A DNA stretch of 64,000 nt from Candidatus Eiseniibacteriota bacterium (GTDB lineage: Bacteria; Eisenbacteria; RBG-16-71-46; SZUA-252): NCBI GenBank assembly GCA_963703225.1, contig OY969801.1, forward strand, positions 1-64,000, read 5' to 3'. Position numbers and translations under genes: made by a program. Under the pieces are notes generated by a model. It saw only the letters and a program-made list of their open reading frames with translations. It ran no database searches and was not told the origin of the DNA. Shown in pieces: positions 53,363 to 64,000 of the stretch (its first letter is position 1; each line of letters starts with the position of its first letter).

Positions 53363-54672
53363 AGCGCTGGATGCTTTTCCTGGCGATCCTGGCCGGCCTG
53401 CTGCCGCTCGATAACCCTCTCTCGACGGTCTCACCCCTGGGCGCCGCCGAGCGCATCGCCGCCATCGTGAACAAGCAGGTCATCCTGGCGTCGGACGTCG
53501 ACGAGCACACGATGGAAGCGGCCGCGCGCATGCGCCTCGATCCGTCCGATTCCGTCTCCATCGCCCGGCTCAGGTCCGAAGTCCTGAACCAGATGGTGGA
53601 GAAGGAGGTCCTCCTCGCCGAGGCGCAGCGCCAGGCGATCACGGTGACAAACGTCGACGTGAGCCAGGCGGTGGACCGGGAGATCGAGGGGCTGAAGCAG
53701 CGGCTGGGCCCCGACGAGTATCCGCAAGCGCTGGCCCGCGAGAAGATGACGGAGGCCGATCTCCGCAAGAAGTACGAGCCCGACGTGCGGGACCAGCTCG
53801 TCATCTCGCGCCTCGTGAGCAAGGAAGTGCAGTCGAAGACGACCGTCACCGACGCCGAGGTCCGCGCCTACTTCGACGCGAACCGCGATTCGATCGGAAG
53901 GAAGCCCGAGACCCTGACGCTGGCCCACATTCTGGTCGCGTTCGAGCCCGACTCCGCGTCGCTCAAGAAGTCGCGGACGCGCGCCGACAGCCTGCGGACC
54001 CTGATCGTCAAGGGGCGGCCCTTTGACCAGGTCGCGCGCGATTTCTCCGACGACCCCAGCGCGAAGGCCGGAGGAGACCTGGGCACCTTCGGCCGCGGCG
54101 TGATGGTCGCGGAGTTCGAGGACGTCGCGTTCAACTTGAAGCCGATGGAGATCAGCAAGCCCGTGCGGACCCGGTTCGGCTACCACGTCATTCAGGTGCT
54201 GGAGCACGACGCGGCGACCGACTCCAGCGAGGAACGGATCCACGCGCGCCACGTGATGGTTCAGGCCAAGCCCACGCCCGCCGACGAGGAGCGCGCGCGG
54301 AAGAAGGCGATCTCGGTGCGCGACTCGCTCATGCGCGGCGCCGATTTCGCGGTCATGGCCCGAAAGTACTCGGCCGATACGGCGACCAAGGACTCGGGCG
54401 GCGTCCTGGGCGACATCGCGGTCCCCAGCCTTCCGGCCAACCTCCGCGAGCCTTTGAGCGGGCTCGCGGTGGGCGAGGTGAGCGTCCCATTCAAGCGGGA
54501 GGCGGGCTTCCACATTTTCAAGGTCTTGGATCGCGCGCCTGAGACCGCTTACAAATACGAGGACATCAAGGACGACCTGAAGCAGGTCGTGCTGAACAAG
54601 AAGCTGGAAGAAGCGTACAAGCGCTGGTACGACAAGATTCGCAAGAACGTCAACGTTGAGCTGAAGGACTGA
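53359..54672 (+). CDS. surA: SurA-like peptidyl-prolyl isomerase/chaperone
   Basis: RIAAIVNKQVILASDV; two parvulin domains (AHIL..FSDD..GGDLG..FGYHVI); precedes pdxA. Confidence 0.88.
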   Translation: MKRWMLFLAILAGLLPLDNPLSTVSPLGAAERIAAIVNKQVILASDVDEHTMEAAARMRLDPSDSVSIARLRSEVLNQMVEKEVLLAEAQRQAITVTNVDVSQAVDREIEGLKQRLGPDEYPQALAREKMTEADLRKKYEPDVRDQLVISRLVSKEVQSKTTVTDAEVRAYFDANRDSIGRKPETLTLAHILVAFEPDSASLKKSRTRADSLRTLIVKGRPFDQVARDFSDDPSAKAGGDLGTFGRGVMVAEFEDVAFNLKPMEISKPVRTRFGYHVIQVLEHDAATDSSEERIHARHVMVQAKPTPADEERARKKAISVRDSLMRGADFAVMARKYSADTATKDSGGVLGDIAVPSLPANLREPLSGLAVGEVSVPFKREAGFHIFKVLDRAPETAYKYEDIKDDLKQVVLNKKLEEAYKRWYDKIRKNVNVELKD

Positions 54673-54691
54673 CCGGGAGGGCCTCCCGGAC

Positions 54692-55738
54692 GTGGGAACT
54701 CGCCGCCCTACCCTCGTTCTGACCATGGGGGATCCCGCCGGGATCGGTCCCGAGATCGTCGCGCGGGCCTTGGCCTCGCCGGCGATTCGACGGTTGGCCC
54801 ATCTCGCCGTGGCCGGCGATCCCGAAGTCATGGAACGCGCGGCCCGCCGTGTTCGGCCCCGGCTTCGATTCGACGTGCTCTCTCCACGGGACGCGGATCT
54901 CCGCGGGAAGTCGGGCCCTGGCATTCCGCTCCTGGCCACGACCCAGGACGGGTGGGATTCGATCCGCCCCGGCTCGCCCACCGCCACATCGGGGCGGATG
55001 GCGGCCAAAGCAATCGAAGCGGCCGCCCATCTGGCCCTCGAGGGTCGGGCGGACGGGATCGTCACGGCGCCGATCTCGAAGACAGCTCTCCAGGCCGCCG
55101 GCTATCCCTTTCCTGGCCACACGGAGTTCTTGGGGTCGCTGGCGCGCGTGCCCGAAACTCGAATGCTCTTCGTGGCCAAGCCATTTCGGATCGTCCTCGC
55201 CACCGTCCACGTTCCGCTCCGCCGGGTTTCGGAGGCACTGAGCTTCGATTCGCTCGTGCGGACCCTGGAGATGTCGGCGGCGGCGCTTCGAAACTTCGGG
55301 TGGGGCGCCCGGCGCGCGGTGGCCGTGCTCGGGCTGAACCCCCACGCCGGAGAGGGAGGGCTCTTTGGCGACGAGGAGTCGCGGGTGATCGAGCCCGCGA
55401 TCCAGGCCGCCAAGGTGCGGGGCATCCGCGCGGAGGGGCCCTATCCCGCCGACACATTTTTTTCCCAGCACGCGAAACGACGCGACCTCGGTATCGTCGT
55501 GGCGATGTACCATGACCAGGGACTCATCCCGGCGAAGAGTGGGGGAATTGGAGGTGCGGCGAACGTGACGCTGGGGCTGCCATTCATTCGTAGCTCGGTC
55601 GACCACGGAACGGCGTTCGACCGGGCCTGGAAGGGCGCGTCGCGCGCCCCCGATCCCTCCGGTCTGGCCACCGCGATCCGCGTCGGCGCCGATCTCGCGT
55701 CGCGCGCGCGGCGGCCGATGGAGTGGACATGGCCCTGA
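54692..55738 (+). CDS. pdxA: 4-hydroxythreonine-4-phosphate dehydrogenase
   Basis: TMGDPAGIGPEI, PGHTEFL, GLNPHAGE, AMYHDQG, SVDHGTAFD. Confidence 0.95.
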   Translation: MGTRRPTLVLTMGDPAGIGPEIVARALASPAIRRLAHLAVAGDPEVMERAARRVRPRLRFDVLSPRDADLRGKSGPGIPLLATTQDGWDSIRPGSPTATSGRMAAKAIEAAAHLALEGRADGIVTAPISKTALQAAGYPFPGHTEFLGSLARVPETRMLFVAKPFRIVLATVHVPLRRVSEALSFDSLVRTLEMSAAALRNFGWGARRAVAVLGLNPHAGEGGLFGDEESRVIEPAIQAAKVRGIRAEGPYPADTFFSQHAKRRDLGIVVAMYHDQGLIPAKSGGIGGAANVTLGLPFIRSSVDHGTAFDRAWKGASRAPDPSGLATAIRVGADLASRARRPMEWTWP

Positions 55739-56463
55739 TCCGTCTCGAGCACGTGGGGAAGAACTTTGGCGGACGGATCGCGCTGAGCGACGTCACGCTC
55801 GCCTTCGAGCCGGGCGAATGGGTCTTCGTCCTCGGGCCCAGCGGCGCGGGGAAGTCGACGCTGCTGAGAGTCCTCGCCCTCGCGGAGCGGCCGACGACCG
55901 GACGCGTCGAGGTCGATCCCGATGCGGCGGTTCGGCCGGGCAATGGCCCCGTGCCCGAAGGCGATGAGTCCGACGAGTCCCGTCGCCCCGCGAAGCGAAT
56001 CCCGCTCCGACGCATGAGGCGGCTCGTCGGCGTCCTGGGGCAGGAATTCCGCCTGCTGGCGGACCGAAGCGTCTACGAAAACATCGCGCTGGCTTGCCAG
56101 ATCTCCGGGGTTTGGGATCGCGCCAAGATCCGCGACCGGGTGACGCCGCTCCTCGACGAGATGGGGATCCGAGGCAAGGAGCTGCTCTTTCCCGACGATC
56201 TCTCGGCCGGCGAGAAGCAGCGCGTCGCGTTGGCCCGGGCCATGGCGCGGCACCCGCGAATCCTGATCGCGGACGAGCCGACCGGAAACCTCGATCCGGC
56301 CGCTGCCGGCCAGATCTTTTCGCTCCTTCGCGAAATCAGCAAGCGCGGCACGCTGGTCGCGGTCGCGACCCACGCGGAGGATTGGGTGCGCCGCCATCCA
56401 GGTCGGGCGATCCGGCTGGAGCGCGGAATCCTGCGATCCGATCAGACGGAGGGGGCGGCGTGA
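55729..56463 (+). CDS. ftsE: Cell division ABC ATPase FtsE
   Basis: GPSGAGKST, QEFRLL, LSAGEKQRV, ADEPTGNLD; precedes ftsX. Confidence 0.88.
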   Translation: MALIRLEHVGKNFGGRIALSDVTLAFEPGEWVFVLGPSGAGKSTLLRVLALAERPTTGRVEVDPDAAVRPGNGPVPEGDESDESRRPAKRIPLRRMRRLVGVLGQEFRLLADRSVYENIALACQISGVWDRAKIRDRVTPLLDEMGIRGKELLFPDDLSAGEKQRVALARAMARHPRILIADEPTGNLDPAAAGQIFSLLREISKRGTLVAVATHAEDWVRRHPGRAIRLERGILRSDQTEGAA

Positions 56464-57338
56464 GCGCGGGGGGCGCGGTCGGCTACATCACCCGGGAGCT
56501 TTGGCGGGGACTGGTCCGGCACCGAGCGCTCTGCGTCACCAGCGTCATCTCGATGGCCTCGATTCTCCTCATCTTTCTCCTCTTCCTGATGGTCCTACAG
56601 AGCGTGGACCAGTACACGTCCCACCTCGAGTCGAGGGAGGAAGTGTCGGTATTTCTCAACGAGGGCCTGTCGCGATCCGACCTGGCCTCCGTGGCCGCGG
56701 CGCTCCGATCGATCGACGGCGTGGACAGCGTTCGGTACGTGAGCAAGGACGAGGCGTGGGAGACGTTTCGCCAGGACATCTCCGATGAGGCGATCGTCCA
56801 GGCGGTAGGCTCGAACCCGCTCCCCGCTTCCTATGTGCTTCGCCCCGCGCCGGGCTACCGCTCGTCGGACGGGGTCCGCTCGATCGCCCGCGAAGCCGAG
56901 ACCGTGCCGCACGTGGAGGACGTCCGCTACGCCGGCGAGTGGGTGCTACGGGCGGAGCAGGTGGTCCACACGCTGCAGAAGATCGGGGCCGCGCTGGGGA
57001 TGATCGTGCTCCTGGGAGTGCTCTTCGTCGTCGGCGCCACCACGCGGCTTTCGGTCCAGACGCGCCTCGACTCCATCCACTTGATCCGCTCCCTCGGCGG
57101 CGGCTTTCTGTTCAACGAGGCGCCCTACCTGGCGGAGGGCTTCGTCCTCGCGGCGGTGTCATCGATCCTCACGATCGGGCTGGCCCGCCTCTTGAACGTC
57201 TCCCTGGCCGAGGGGCTCTTCCGGCTCCAGTTCCTTCCGATCCCGGCGCTGATCGGGTTCGTGGCCGTGAGCGGCCTACTCGGACTTCTCGGTAGCTGGA
57301 TCGCCGTCGCGACGCTCCCGAAGAAATGGCTTCTCTAG
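56460..57338 (+). CDS. ftsX: Cell division permease FtsX
   Basis: TM1, periplasmic YVSKDEA and NPLPAS, three C-terminal TMs. Confidence 0.88.
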   Translation: MSAGGAVGYITRELWRGLVRHRALCVTSVISMASILLIFLLFLMVLQSVDQYTSHLESREEVSVFLNEGLSRSDLASVAAALRSIDGVDSVRYVSKDEAWETFRQDISDEAIVQAVGSNPLPASYVLRPAPGYRSSDGVRSIAREAETVPHVEDVRYAGEWVLRAEQVVHTLQKIGAALGMIVLLGVLFVVGATTRLSVQTRLDSIHLIRSLGGGFLFNEAPYLAEGFVLAAVSSILTIGLARLLNVSLAEGLFRLQFLPIPALIGFVAVSGLLGLLGSWIAVATLPKKWLL

Positions 57339-58657
57339 CCGCCCGCTCGGCCTCGGGCGGCTGGCCCGTCGCCGCGCTTCTGTCCGCGGCTTTCGTGTTC
57401 GCGGCGGTTCTGCTCGCGGCGGTTCTGCCGTTGCCGGCCGGCGCGCAGGGAGAGCCTTCTGCCGGCTCGGCGGCCGCGACTCCAAACACCACCGCGCCCA
57501 CGGCACCGCCCGACACGGCCAGCGCTCCACCGGCCCGCGTCCCGAGCGAGACCGAAGTCGAGATCGAATCGCAGCGCCGCGAGCTGGAGTCGCTCAAGAG
57601 GCAGCTCGACGAGCGCCGCGAGATCTCCAAGGATCTCAAAGGCAAGGAGAAGAACCTTCTCGGCCAGCTGCGAGAGACCGAGAAGAGCCTCCAGCTTACG
57701 ATGCGATACCTCAACGCGCTGGAGCGGAGGCGTCAGACCGTCTCCGCCAATCTGGGGGACGCGACCACGGAGCTGGCGCGCACCGCGATCCAGCTCGATA
57801 CCGAGCGGCGACGTCTGGCGTGGCGCGTGCGCGAGATCTACAAGCGGGGACGGAGCGCGGATCTCGAGTACGTCCTCTCGGCCCGCTCGTTCGGCGACCT
57901 CGTCGCGCGGACCTACTACCTGGCGCGGATCGCGCAGGACGATCGGGGCCAAGTTCTGCTCACCCAGGCCCGGCGATCGCAGGTGCAGGACGAGAAGACA
58001 CGCCTGGAGTCTCGGAAGCGCGAGCTCGACCGGCTCAAGGCCGAGACGGACCGCGAGCGGCGGACCTTGAGCCAGCTCACCAACGAGCGCCGCACCCTTC
58101 TCCAGAAGATTCGCTCCGACTCCAAGTCGAACGAGCAGGCGTCCCAGGAGCTGGAGCGCGCCAGCAAGCGGATCCGGAGCCTGATCGATCAGCTGGAGAA
58201 GCGGCGCCTCGCGGCCGAGCGGGGGGCGCCGGGCACCGAGCCGCCGCTCCTCGGGGACTTTGGGAAGAACAAGGGGCGGCTCCCCTGGCCCGTGAACGGC
58301 CGGGTGGCCCGGAGCTTCGGCAACCAGACGAACCCGCGCTTCAATACCACTACCTTCAATAGCGGCATCGACATCGCGGCTTCGTTCGGGACCCCGATCG
58401 CGGCGGTCGCGAAGGGGCGGGTGGAATACGTCAACTGGCTCGAGGGGTACGGCAAGTGTGCTATCATCAATCACGGCGGCGGTTTCTACACGCTCTACGC
58501 TCACGCATCCGAGATCATCGTCACGGTCGGTAAGGATGTGGCCGCCGGTGAGACCATCGGCCGGGTCGGTGACACCGGCTCTACCATAGGTACGGCGCTC
58601 CACTTCGAGATCCGCAAGGGGCGGGAGGCGTTGAACCCCCTTGATTGGTTCCGTTGA
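57326..58657 (+). CDS. envC: EnvC-like coiled-coil M23 peptidase-domain protein
   Basis: Coiled coil, KGRLPWPV, GIDI, LYAH, LHFEIR; follows ftsEX. Confidence 0.85.
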   Translation: MASLAARSASGGWPVAALLSAAFVFAAVLLAAVLPLPAGAQGEPSAGSAAATPNTTAPTAPPDTASAPPARVPSETEVEIESQRRELESLKRQLDERREISKDLKGKEKNLLGQLRETEKSLQLTMRYLNALERRRQTVSANLGDATTELARTAIQLDTERRRLAWRVREIYKRGRSADLEYVLSARSFGDLVARTYYLARIAQDDRGQVLLTQARRSQVQDEKTRLESRKRELDRLKAETDRERRTLSQLTNERRTLLQKIRSDSKSNEQASQELERASKRIRSLIDQLEKRRLAAERGAPGTEPPLLGDFGKNKGRLPWPVNGRVARSFGNQTNPRFNTTTFNSGIDIAASFGTPIAAVAKGRVEYVNWLEGYGKCAIINHGGGFYTLYAHASEIIVTVGKDVAAGETIGRVGDTGSTIGTALHFEIRKGREALNPLDWFR

Positions 58658-58669
58658 GCCGTATTCTCC

Positions 58670-59864
58670 ATGACACCAGGCACGCTGCGCGGCCAGGACG
58701 AAGCGCTCGCGCTTCTCCACGCCGCCCTTAAATCGCATCACGTAGGACACGCCTACCTGTTCCACGGCCCGGCCGGCGTTGGGAAGACAAAGGCGGCCCT
58801 TCTTCTTCGCCCAAGCGCTCCTCTGCGACTCGCCGCTTCCGGACGGTCAAGCGTGCGGCCGTGCGCCTCCTGCCGCGACGTATCCAACCTCCGCCACCCC
58901 GACCTCGAGCTCTTGGTCCCGCTTCCGACGTTTCGGACCGAGGGGCGGACCGAGCGCCAGGCCGAGGAGGCGCGGGCCGAGGCGCGGGCCTCGGTCCTCG
59001 CGCGGGTGGCGAGCGAGCCCTTCTTCGTTCCGATCTTCTCCCGCCCTCCGGTCCATTCGGTCGAGGATCTGGCACGGGCGAAGCTGTTCCTCTCCCTGAC
59101 GGCCCAGCGGGAAAACGGCGCGAAGGTGCTCATCGTGAAGGGCGCCGAGGCGATCACCGGTCCGGCCGCCCACGCCTTCTTGAAGATTCTCGAAGAGCCG
59201 CTGCCGCGCCGGGTGCTGATCCTCTGCGCGCGGCAGACAAGGGCGCTCTTGCCCACGATCTCCTCTCGATGCCTCCACGTGCGGTTTCGGCCGCTCCGGG
59301 CCGACTTCATCGCCTCGGCTTTGGTTGAGTCGCGCCAGGTGTCCAAGCCGATCGCGCGGCTTCTCGCGAGCACGTCGCAGGGAAGTTTGGGGCGGGCGCT
59401 CTCGTTCCTCGAAACGCCGATCGACGCGACGGCGAAGGAGGCGCCGGGCGAAGCCGAGTTCACGCGGCTCAAGGCCGCCGCGGTCGAGATTTTCGTGCGG
59501 CCCAAGACGGCAGCGATCCTGGGCCCGCTCCGTCGCGCCCGGATCGAGCGCGACCGGGGCCGGTTTCTCTCCACGGTGTCGCTGGCCCTCTACTACTACC
59601 GGGACGCGATCCGGCTGCAAGCTGGGCGGCGAGAACGTGCCGCTGGCCCACGAGGACTTGAGGCGGGAGATCGCGTCCGATGCCCAGAAACTTCCGATCC
59701 TCGCGCTGACGCGGCGCGTCCGCATTCTCGAGGAAATCGCGTCCGCCGTTCATTCCAACGTGACCGCGGCCTACGCGGTCGCATCCGCCCAGTACCGGAT
59801 GGGGCTGGGCCCCGATGAAACCTTCGCAGGAGGACCCGCGCGAGCGGGGATCCGTCATGGTTGA
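58670..59864 (+). CDS. holB: DNA polymerase III delta' subunit (frameshifted)
   Basis: HAYLFHGPAGVGK, CG.CASC, HPD, FLKILEEP, LLPTISSRC; frameshifts at ~58800, ~58858 and ~59620. Confidence 0.88.
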
Positions 59865-60829
59865 TTCGAAGTCGGCAGTCGCCGAGGCCGCCGATGCGGT
59901 CGAGGTCGTCTTCAAGGGACGCCGGCGCGGGCACTACGCGAACCCGCGCGAGCTTCCCGTGCACGAAGGGGATTACGTCGTGGTTCAGGCCGAGCGGGGC
60001 GAGGACCTGGGCCGCATCCACCACACCAGCGAGTGGGTGAAGCTCGCCCAGGCGCACGGGTCGCTCAAGCAGCTCCTCCGCGTGGCGCGGCCGGAGGATC
60101 TCGATCTCCACGAGCGAAACCGCGCCAAGGAAGAGCGGGCCTTCCAGATCTGCAAGGATCGGATCGTCCAGCGGGACGTCGAGATGAAGCTGGTCGATTG
60201 CGAGTACCAGCTGGACGGAAACCGCGTGACCTTCTACTTCACCGCGGAGAAGCGCGTCGATTTCCGCGACCTGGTGAAGGATCTGGCCTCGGCGTTTCGG
60301 ACCCGGATCGAGCTCCGCCAGATCGGCGTGCGCGACGAGGCGGGGAGGATCGGCGGCGTGGGCACGTGCGGAAGGGAGCTTTGCTGCGCCACCTGGCTCC
60401 GGGAATTCGAGCCGATCACGCTCAAGATGGCGAAGGACCAGGGGCTCTCGCCGAGCCCATCCAAGATCTCGGGCGCGTGCGGGCGGCTCAAGTGCTGCCT
60501 CCGCTACGAGCTCGACTTCTACAAGGAGGCGGCGCGGGAGTTCCCCAAGATCGGGAGCAAGATCACCCTCCCCGACGGGGAGTGGGAAGTGGGGCGCGTC
60601 GACATCTTCTACCGAACGCTCCACCTGGTCGACGAGGGGGGAAAGGAATCCGTCGGTTCAGCTCGGGGCGCTTCCCGCGGGGACCAAGATCGTCGGCCCG
60701 AGCCGGGACCGCCGCAAAGGCTGCGACAAGAAGGAGTGCGCCTCCCGCGGCACCAAGCCCGGCGACGGAGAGAATCCGCCCCCGAGGCACGGGCACCGGC
60801 ACGGGCCCAAGTCCCCCTCGGAGAATTGA
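59857..60829 (+). CDS. ricT: PSP1/RicT (YaaT) family protein (+1 frameshift at ~60650)
   Basis: FYFTAEKRVDFRDLVK, IGVRDEA, CGRELCC, SGACGRLKCCLRYE. The corrected frame stops at TGA 60827-60829. Confidence 0.9.
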
Positions 60830-62349
60830 TGGCCAAGTTTTATCTGACGACCGCGATCGACTACGTGAACAGCGCGCCCCACGTGGGGACCGCGTACGAG
60901 AAGATCGCGGCGGACGCCATCGCGCGCTACAAGCGGCTGGCCGGCTTCGACACCCGGTTTCTCATGGGGAACGACGAGCACTCGACGAACGTGGCCAGGG
61001 CCGCGCGCGAGAAGGGGCTCGATCCCAAGACGTACTGCGACCAGATGGAAACGGTCTTTCGGGGTGTCTGGAGTCGGCTCGACATCTCGTACGACGACTT
61101 CATCCGGACCACCGAGCCAAGGCACATCCGGGGCGTCCAAGCGCTGTTCGAGAAGATCGCGGCGGCCGGCGACATCTATAAGGGGAAGTACGAAGGCTAC
61201 TACTGCGTCAGCTGCGAGCGCTTCTACCCCGAGAAGGACCTGGTGGACGGCAAGTGCCCCGTCCACAAGACGACGACCGAGTGGCTGAGCGAGGACAACT
61301 ACTTCTTCAAGCTCTCGGCCTACGGGCCGAGGCTCTTGCAGCACATCCGCGCCCATCCCGAATTCATCATCCCCGAGATCCGCAAGAACGAAATCGTGAA
61401 CGTGATCGAGGGAGGACTCGAGGATATCTCGGTCTCGCGCTCCTCGGTCTCGTGGGGAATCCCGCTTCCGGCCGATCCGGGGCAAACCGTCTACGTCTGG
61501 TTCGACGCGCTGATCAACTACATCACGGGCCTCGGGTACCCGGAATTGAACGGGCTCTTCTCCCGCTACTGGCCCGCCGATCTCCACGTGATCGGGAAGG
61601 ACATCACCCGGTTTCACTGCGTGATCTGGCCCGCGATGCTCCTGAGCGCCGGCGTGACGCTCCCGCGCAGCATCCTCGGCCACGGCTGGGTCCACTTTCA
61701 GGGCGAGAAGCTTTCCAAATCGCTCGGGAACATCGTGAGCCCGCTCGACATCGCGGACCGCTGGGGGGCCGACTCGCTCCGCTATTACCTGCTCAAGGAA
61801 GTGCCGCTCTCGCGCGACGGCGATTTCACCTGGGACCTCTTCATCCAGCGCTACAACTCCGACCTGGCGAACGACTGGGGAAACCTCTTCACCCGGACGA
61901 TCTCCATGGTGCACCGCTACCGGGCCGGGAAACTCTCCGCCGCGGCCCCCGGCCAGGAGCTGGGCGGGGTGATCCAGGCCGCGATCCGCGACTACCGCGC
62001 CGCGGTGGAACGGTACGAGCTGGAGGGAGGGATCGAGGCGGCGTGGACGATCGTCCGGCGCGCGAACCAGCTGGTGGAGGAGCAGGCGCCCTGGAAGCTG
62101 GCCAAGGATCCCGCCCGCGCGGCCGACCTCGACAGTCTTTTGGGCTCGCTCGCCGTGGCGCTCCAGCACACGGCGCTCCTCCTCTACCCGATCATGCCCG
62201 CCAAGGCCCGGACCGTCTGGGAGACCCTCCGACTGACGCCGCCACTCGAAGAGGCGCGGTTTCCCGAGGGAGGGGCGCTCCTGCCCCCACCCCCCACGGG
62301 GGTCGCCGTGGGCGAGTCCCAGCCGCTATTCCCCCGAATCGAGCGATGA
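60829..62349 (+). CDS. metG: Methionine--tRNA ligase (short form)
   Basis: FYLTTAIDYVN..PHVG, YVWFDALINY, GKDITRFH, KLSKS; TGATG overlap with ricT. Confidence 0.96.
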   Translation: MAKFYLTTAIDYVNSAPHVGTAYEKIAADAIARYKRLAGFDTRFLMGNDEHSTNVARAAREKGLDPKTYCDQMETVFRGVWSRLDISYDDFIRTTEPRHIRGVQALFEKIAAAGDIYKGKYEGYYCVSCERFYPEKDLVDGKCPVHKTTTEWLSEDNYFFKLSAYGPRLLQHIRAHPEFIIPEIRKNEIVNVIEGGLEDISVSRSSVSWGIPLPADPGQTVYVWFDALINYITGLGYPELNGLFSRYWPADLHVIGKDITRFHCVIWPAMLLSAGVTLPRSILGHGWVHFQGEKLSKSLGNIVSPLDIADRWGADSLRYYLLKEVPLSRDGDFTWDLFIQRYNSDLANDWGNLFTRTISMVHRYRAGKLSAAAPGQELGGVIQAAIRDYRAAVERYELEGGIEAAWTIVRRANQLVEEQAPWKLAKDPARAADLDSLLGSLAVALQHTALLLYPIMPAKARTVWETLRLTPPLEEARFPEGGALLPPPPTGVAVGESQPLFPRIER

Positions 62350-63107
62350 TCGACACCCACGCCCACGTGGGGAGGGAAGAATTCGACGCCGACAGGGACG
62401 AAGTCCTGGCGCGGGGCCGGGCGGCCGGTGTTTCAATCCTTATCGAGGCCGGGACGGACGCCGCCTCGAGCCGAGGCGCGATCTCCCTCGCCCGGCGCAT
62501 CCCGGGGGTCAGGGCCGCGGTGGGGTTTCACCCCTGCGACGTCCGGGCCGAACGGCTGGGCGAAATGGATGAGATCGAGGCGCTCGCCTCGGAGCCCGAG
62601 GTCGTCGCCATCGGCGAGACCGGCCTCGATTCACACTGGCCCGACAACGCACCCCCCGACGTACAGGAGGAATTTCTGAGGCGCCACATCGCGCTCTCCA
62701 AGAAGTCGGGGAAGCCGCTGGTACTCCATCATCGGAAGGCCGGCGAGCGGGTGGCGGAAATCTTGGAGCGAGAGGGGCCGCCGGCCGCGGGGGGCACCTT
62801 CCACTGTTTTGCCGGAGATTTGGCGCTGGCGCGGCGCGTGATCGCCATGGGCTTCAAGCTCGGAGTGGGAGGGTCGTCCACCTTCAAGAAGAGCCCGATT
62901 CCGGCGATCCTGCGCGAGATCGATCTGGGGTCCATCGTGCTGGAGACCGATTCGCCCTACCTCGCGCCCACGCCCCATCGCGGAAAACGAAACGAGCCGG
63001 CCTACCTCGCGCTGGTGCGCGATCAGGTCGCGGGATCGCTCGGAATCGCGCCGGAGGCGCTGGAGCAGGCGACCGATGCCACGGCTCGCGCCCTCTTCAA
63101 GCTCTAA
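62346..63107 (+). CDS. tatD: TatD family DNase
   Basis: MIDTHAH, AIGETGLD, FHCF, LETDSPYLAP, RGKRNEP. Confidence 0.95.
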   Translation: MIDTHAHVGREEFDADRDEVLARGRAAGVSILIEAGTDAASSRGAISLARRIPGVRAAVGFHPCDVRAERLGEMDEIEALASEPEVVAIGETGLDSHWPDNAPPDVQEEFLRRHIALSKKSGKPLVLHHRKAGERVAEILEREGPPAAGGTFHCFAGDLALARRVIAMGFKLGVGGSSTFKKSPIPAILREIDLGSIVLETDSPYLAPTPHRGKRNEPAYLALVRDQVAGSLGIAPEALEQATDATARALFKL

Positions 63108-64000
63108 GAGCCCCACGTCGGGCAGGAGCCCCACGTCGGGCGTTTCGGCCGCCCTCCGCTCCCTGGGCGTGCGGCCGAGCCGACGGCTCGGGCAGAATTT
63201 TCTGTCCGACCCGCGGGTGGCCGCGCGGATCGCGGCACTCGTCGACAGTCCGGCCGAGCCGGTCTTGGAGATTGGACCGGGACTCGGATCGCTCACGACG
63301 CTCCTCGCGCGGAGCGGCCGGCCGCTCGTGGCGGTGGAGCTGGATCTCAGGCTGGCCGAGGCGGTGGAGGGCGCGCTCGCGCCCTACCCCAACGCGCGCG
63401 TGGTGCGGGGCGACATCCTCGATCAGCGTCTAGAGTCGCTCTTCCCCGGCGCCTCTGGCGAGGTGAGGGGCGCCGCGGCGGGGCGTGGCGAGAGAGGTGG
63501 CGTGGCCGCCCCAGTGACCGTCGTCGGAAACCTTCCCTATTCGATCACGACGCCCGCGGTGGAGTGGATCCTCGCGCAGGGGCCCCAGGTGGGCCGAGCC
63601 CTTCTGATGGTGCAGCGCGAGTACGCCGAGCGGCTGGCGGCCTCGCCAGGAGGAAAGGATTTTGGCTCAATCAGCGTCTTCGTCGGCCTTCACGCGGAAA
63701 TGAAGGCGCTATTTCGCGTCTCGCCTGGGGCGTTCCATCCCCGCCCCGAAGTCGACTCCGTGGTGCTGGAGCTCAAGCCGCGGCCTTATCCAGGGACGAC
63801 GGCCGCGGAGCGGAGCGCGGTGGAGCGACTGGCACGGGCCGGAATGGGGACGCGGCGGAAGACCTTGACGAATTCCCTCGCACACGGGCTCGCGCTCACG
63901 GCGGGCGACGCGCGAGCGCTCCTCGAATCGGCGGGCATCGATCCCGGGCGCCGCGGAGAAACGCTTCGAATCGACGAGTGGGTCTCGGTGGCGCGCCGAT
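63076..64000 (+). CDS. rsmA: 16S rRNA dimethyladenosine transferase RsmA (3' truncated by window)
   Basis: Translated by hand: LGQNFL, VLEIGPGLGSLT, VELD, GNLPYSIT, MVQRE, FHPRPEVDS; in-frame ATG at 63076. Confidence 0.92.
   Translation, partial: MPRLAPSSSSKSPTSGRSPTSGVSAALRSLGVRPSRRLGQNFLSDPRVAARIAALVDSPAEPVLEIGPGLGSLTTLLARSGRPLVAVELDLRLAEAVEGALAPYPNARVVRGDILDQRLESLFPGASGEVRGAAAGRGERGGVAAPVTVVGNLPYSITTPAVEWILAQGPQVGRALLMVQREYAERLAASPGGKDFGSISVFVGLHAEMKALFRVSPGAFHPRPEVDSVVLELKPRPYPGTTAAERSAVERLARAGMGTRRKTLTNSLAHGLALTAGDARALLESAGIDPGRRGETLRIDEWVSVARR
63108..63141 (+). repeat. Tandem repeat GAGCCCCACGTCGGGC x2 (18-nt period)
   Basis: Copies at 63108-63123 and 63126-63141, encoding SPTSG twice in the RsmA N-terminus. 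Confidence 0.8.

Noticed and set aside
54673..54690. Hairpin CCGGGAG-GGC-CTCCCGG between surA and pdxA as a terminator
   Set aside because: No U-tract and it lies in a tight operon; at most a stability or translation element.
61254..62345. 617-aa TatD with a long N-terminal extension
   Set aside because: The extension is an alternate frame of metG. The real start is ATG 62346 (MIDTHAH), overlapping the metG stop.
59815..62349. Apparent 844-aa RicT-MetG fusion
   Set aside because: A +1 shift near 60650 restores a RicT tail ending at TGA 60827-60829, which overlaps the metG ATG (TGATG). The fusion is most likely an indel artefact.

Overview
High-GC diderm bacterial chromosome segment spanning the origin region. 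Gene content suggests an FCB-group lineage such as Ca. Eisenbacteria; this is an inference only. The right half (32-64 kb) is core: dnaA divergent from rpmH-rnpA-yidD-yidC-jag-mnmE-mnmG-rsmG, three perfect parS sites, parA-parB, a MoxR/DUF58/BatA cluster, mfd, two parvulin PPIases, pdxA, ftsEX-envC, holB, ricT/PSP1, metG, tatD and rsmA (truncated by the window end). The left half (1-32 kb) is accessory. It holds four Hanks-type Ser/Thr kinases (two with TolB-like propellers, one multi-TM, one kinase-STAND-TPR), a Fic gene flanked by ~30-bp direct repeats with an AT-rich palindromic operator and an apparent ATA start, a divergent HTH/propeller/SRPBCC/RibD_C module, DUF2252, an exported beta-carbonic anhydrase, NAD-dependent formate dehydrogenase, a TMTC-like GT-C glycosyltransferase and several envelope proteins. 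dnaA is not followed by dnaN. About 15 frameshifts, mostly +1, hit genes including essential ones and are most likely sequencing errors. No rRNA, tRNA, CRISPR array or transposase was recognised.
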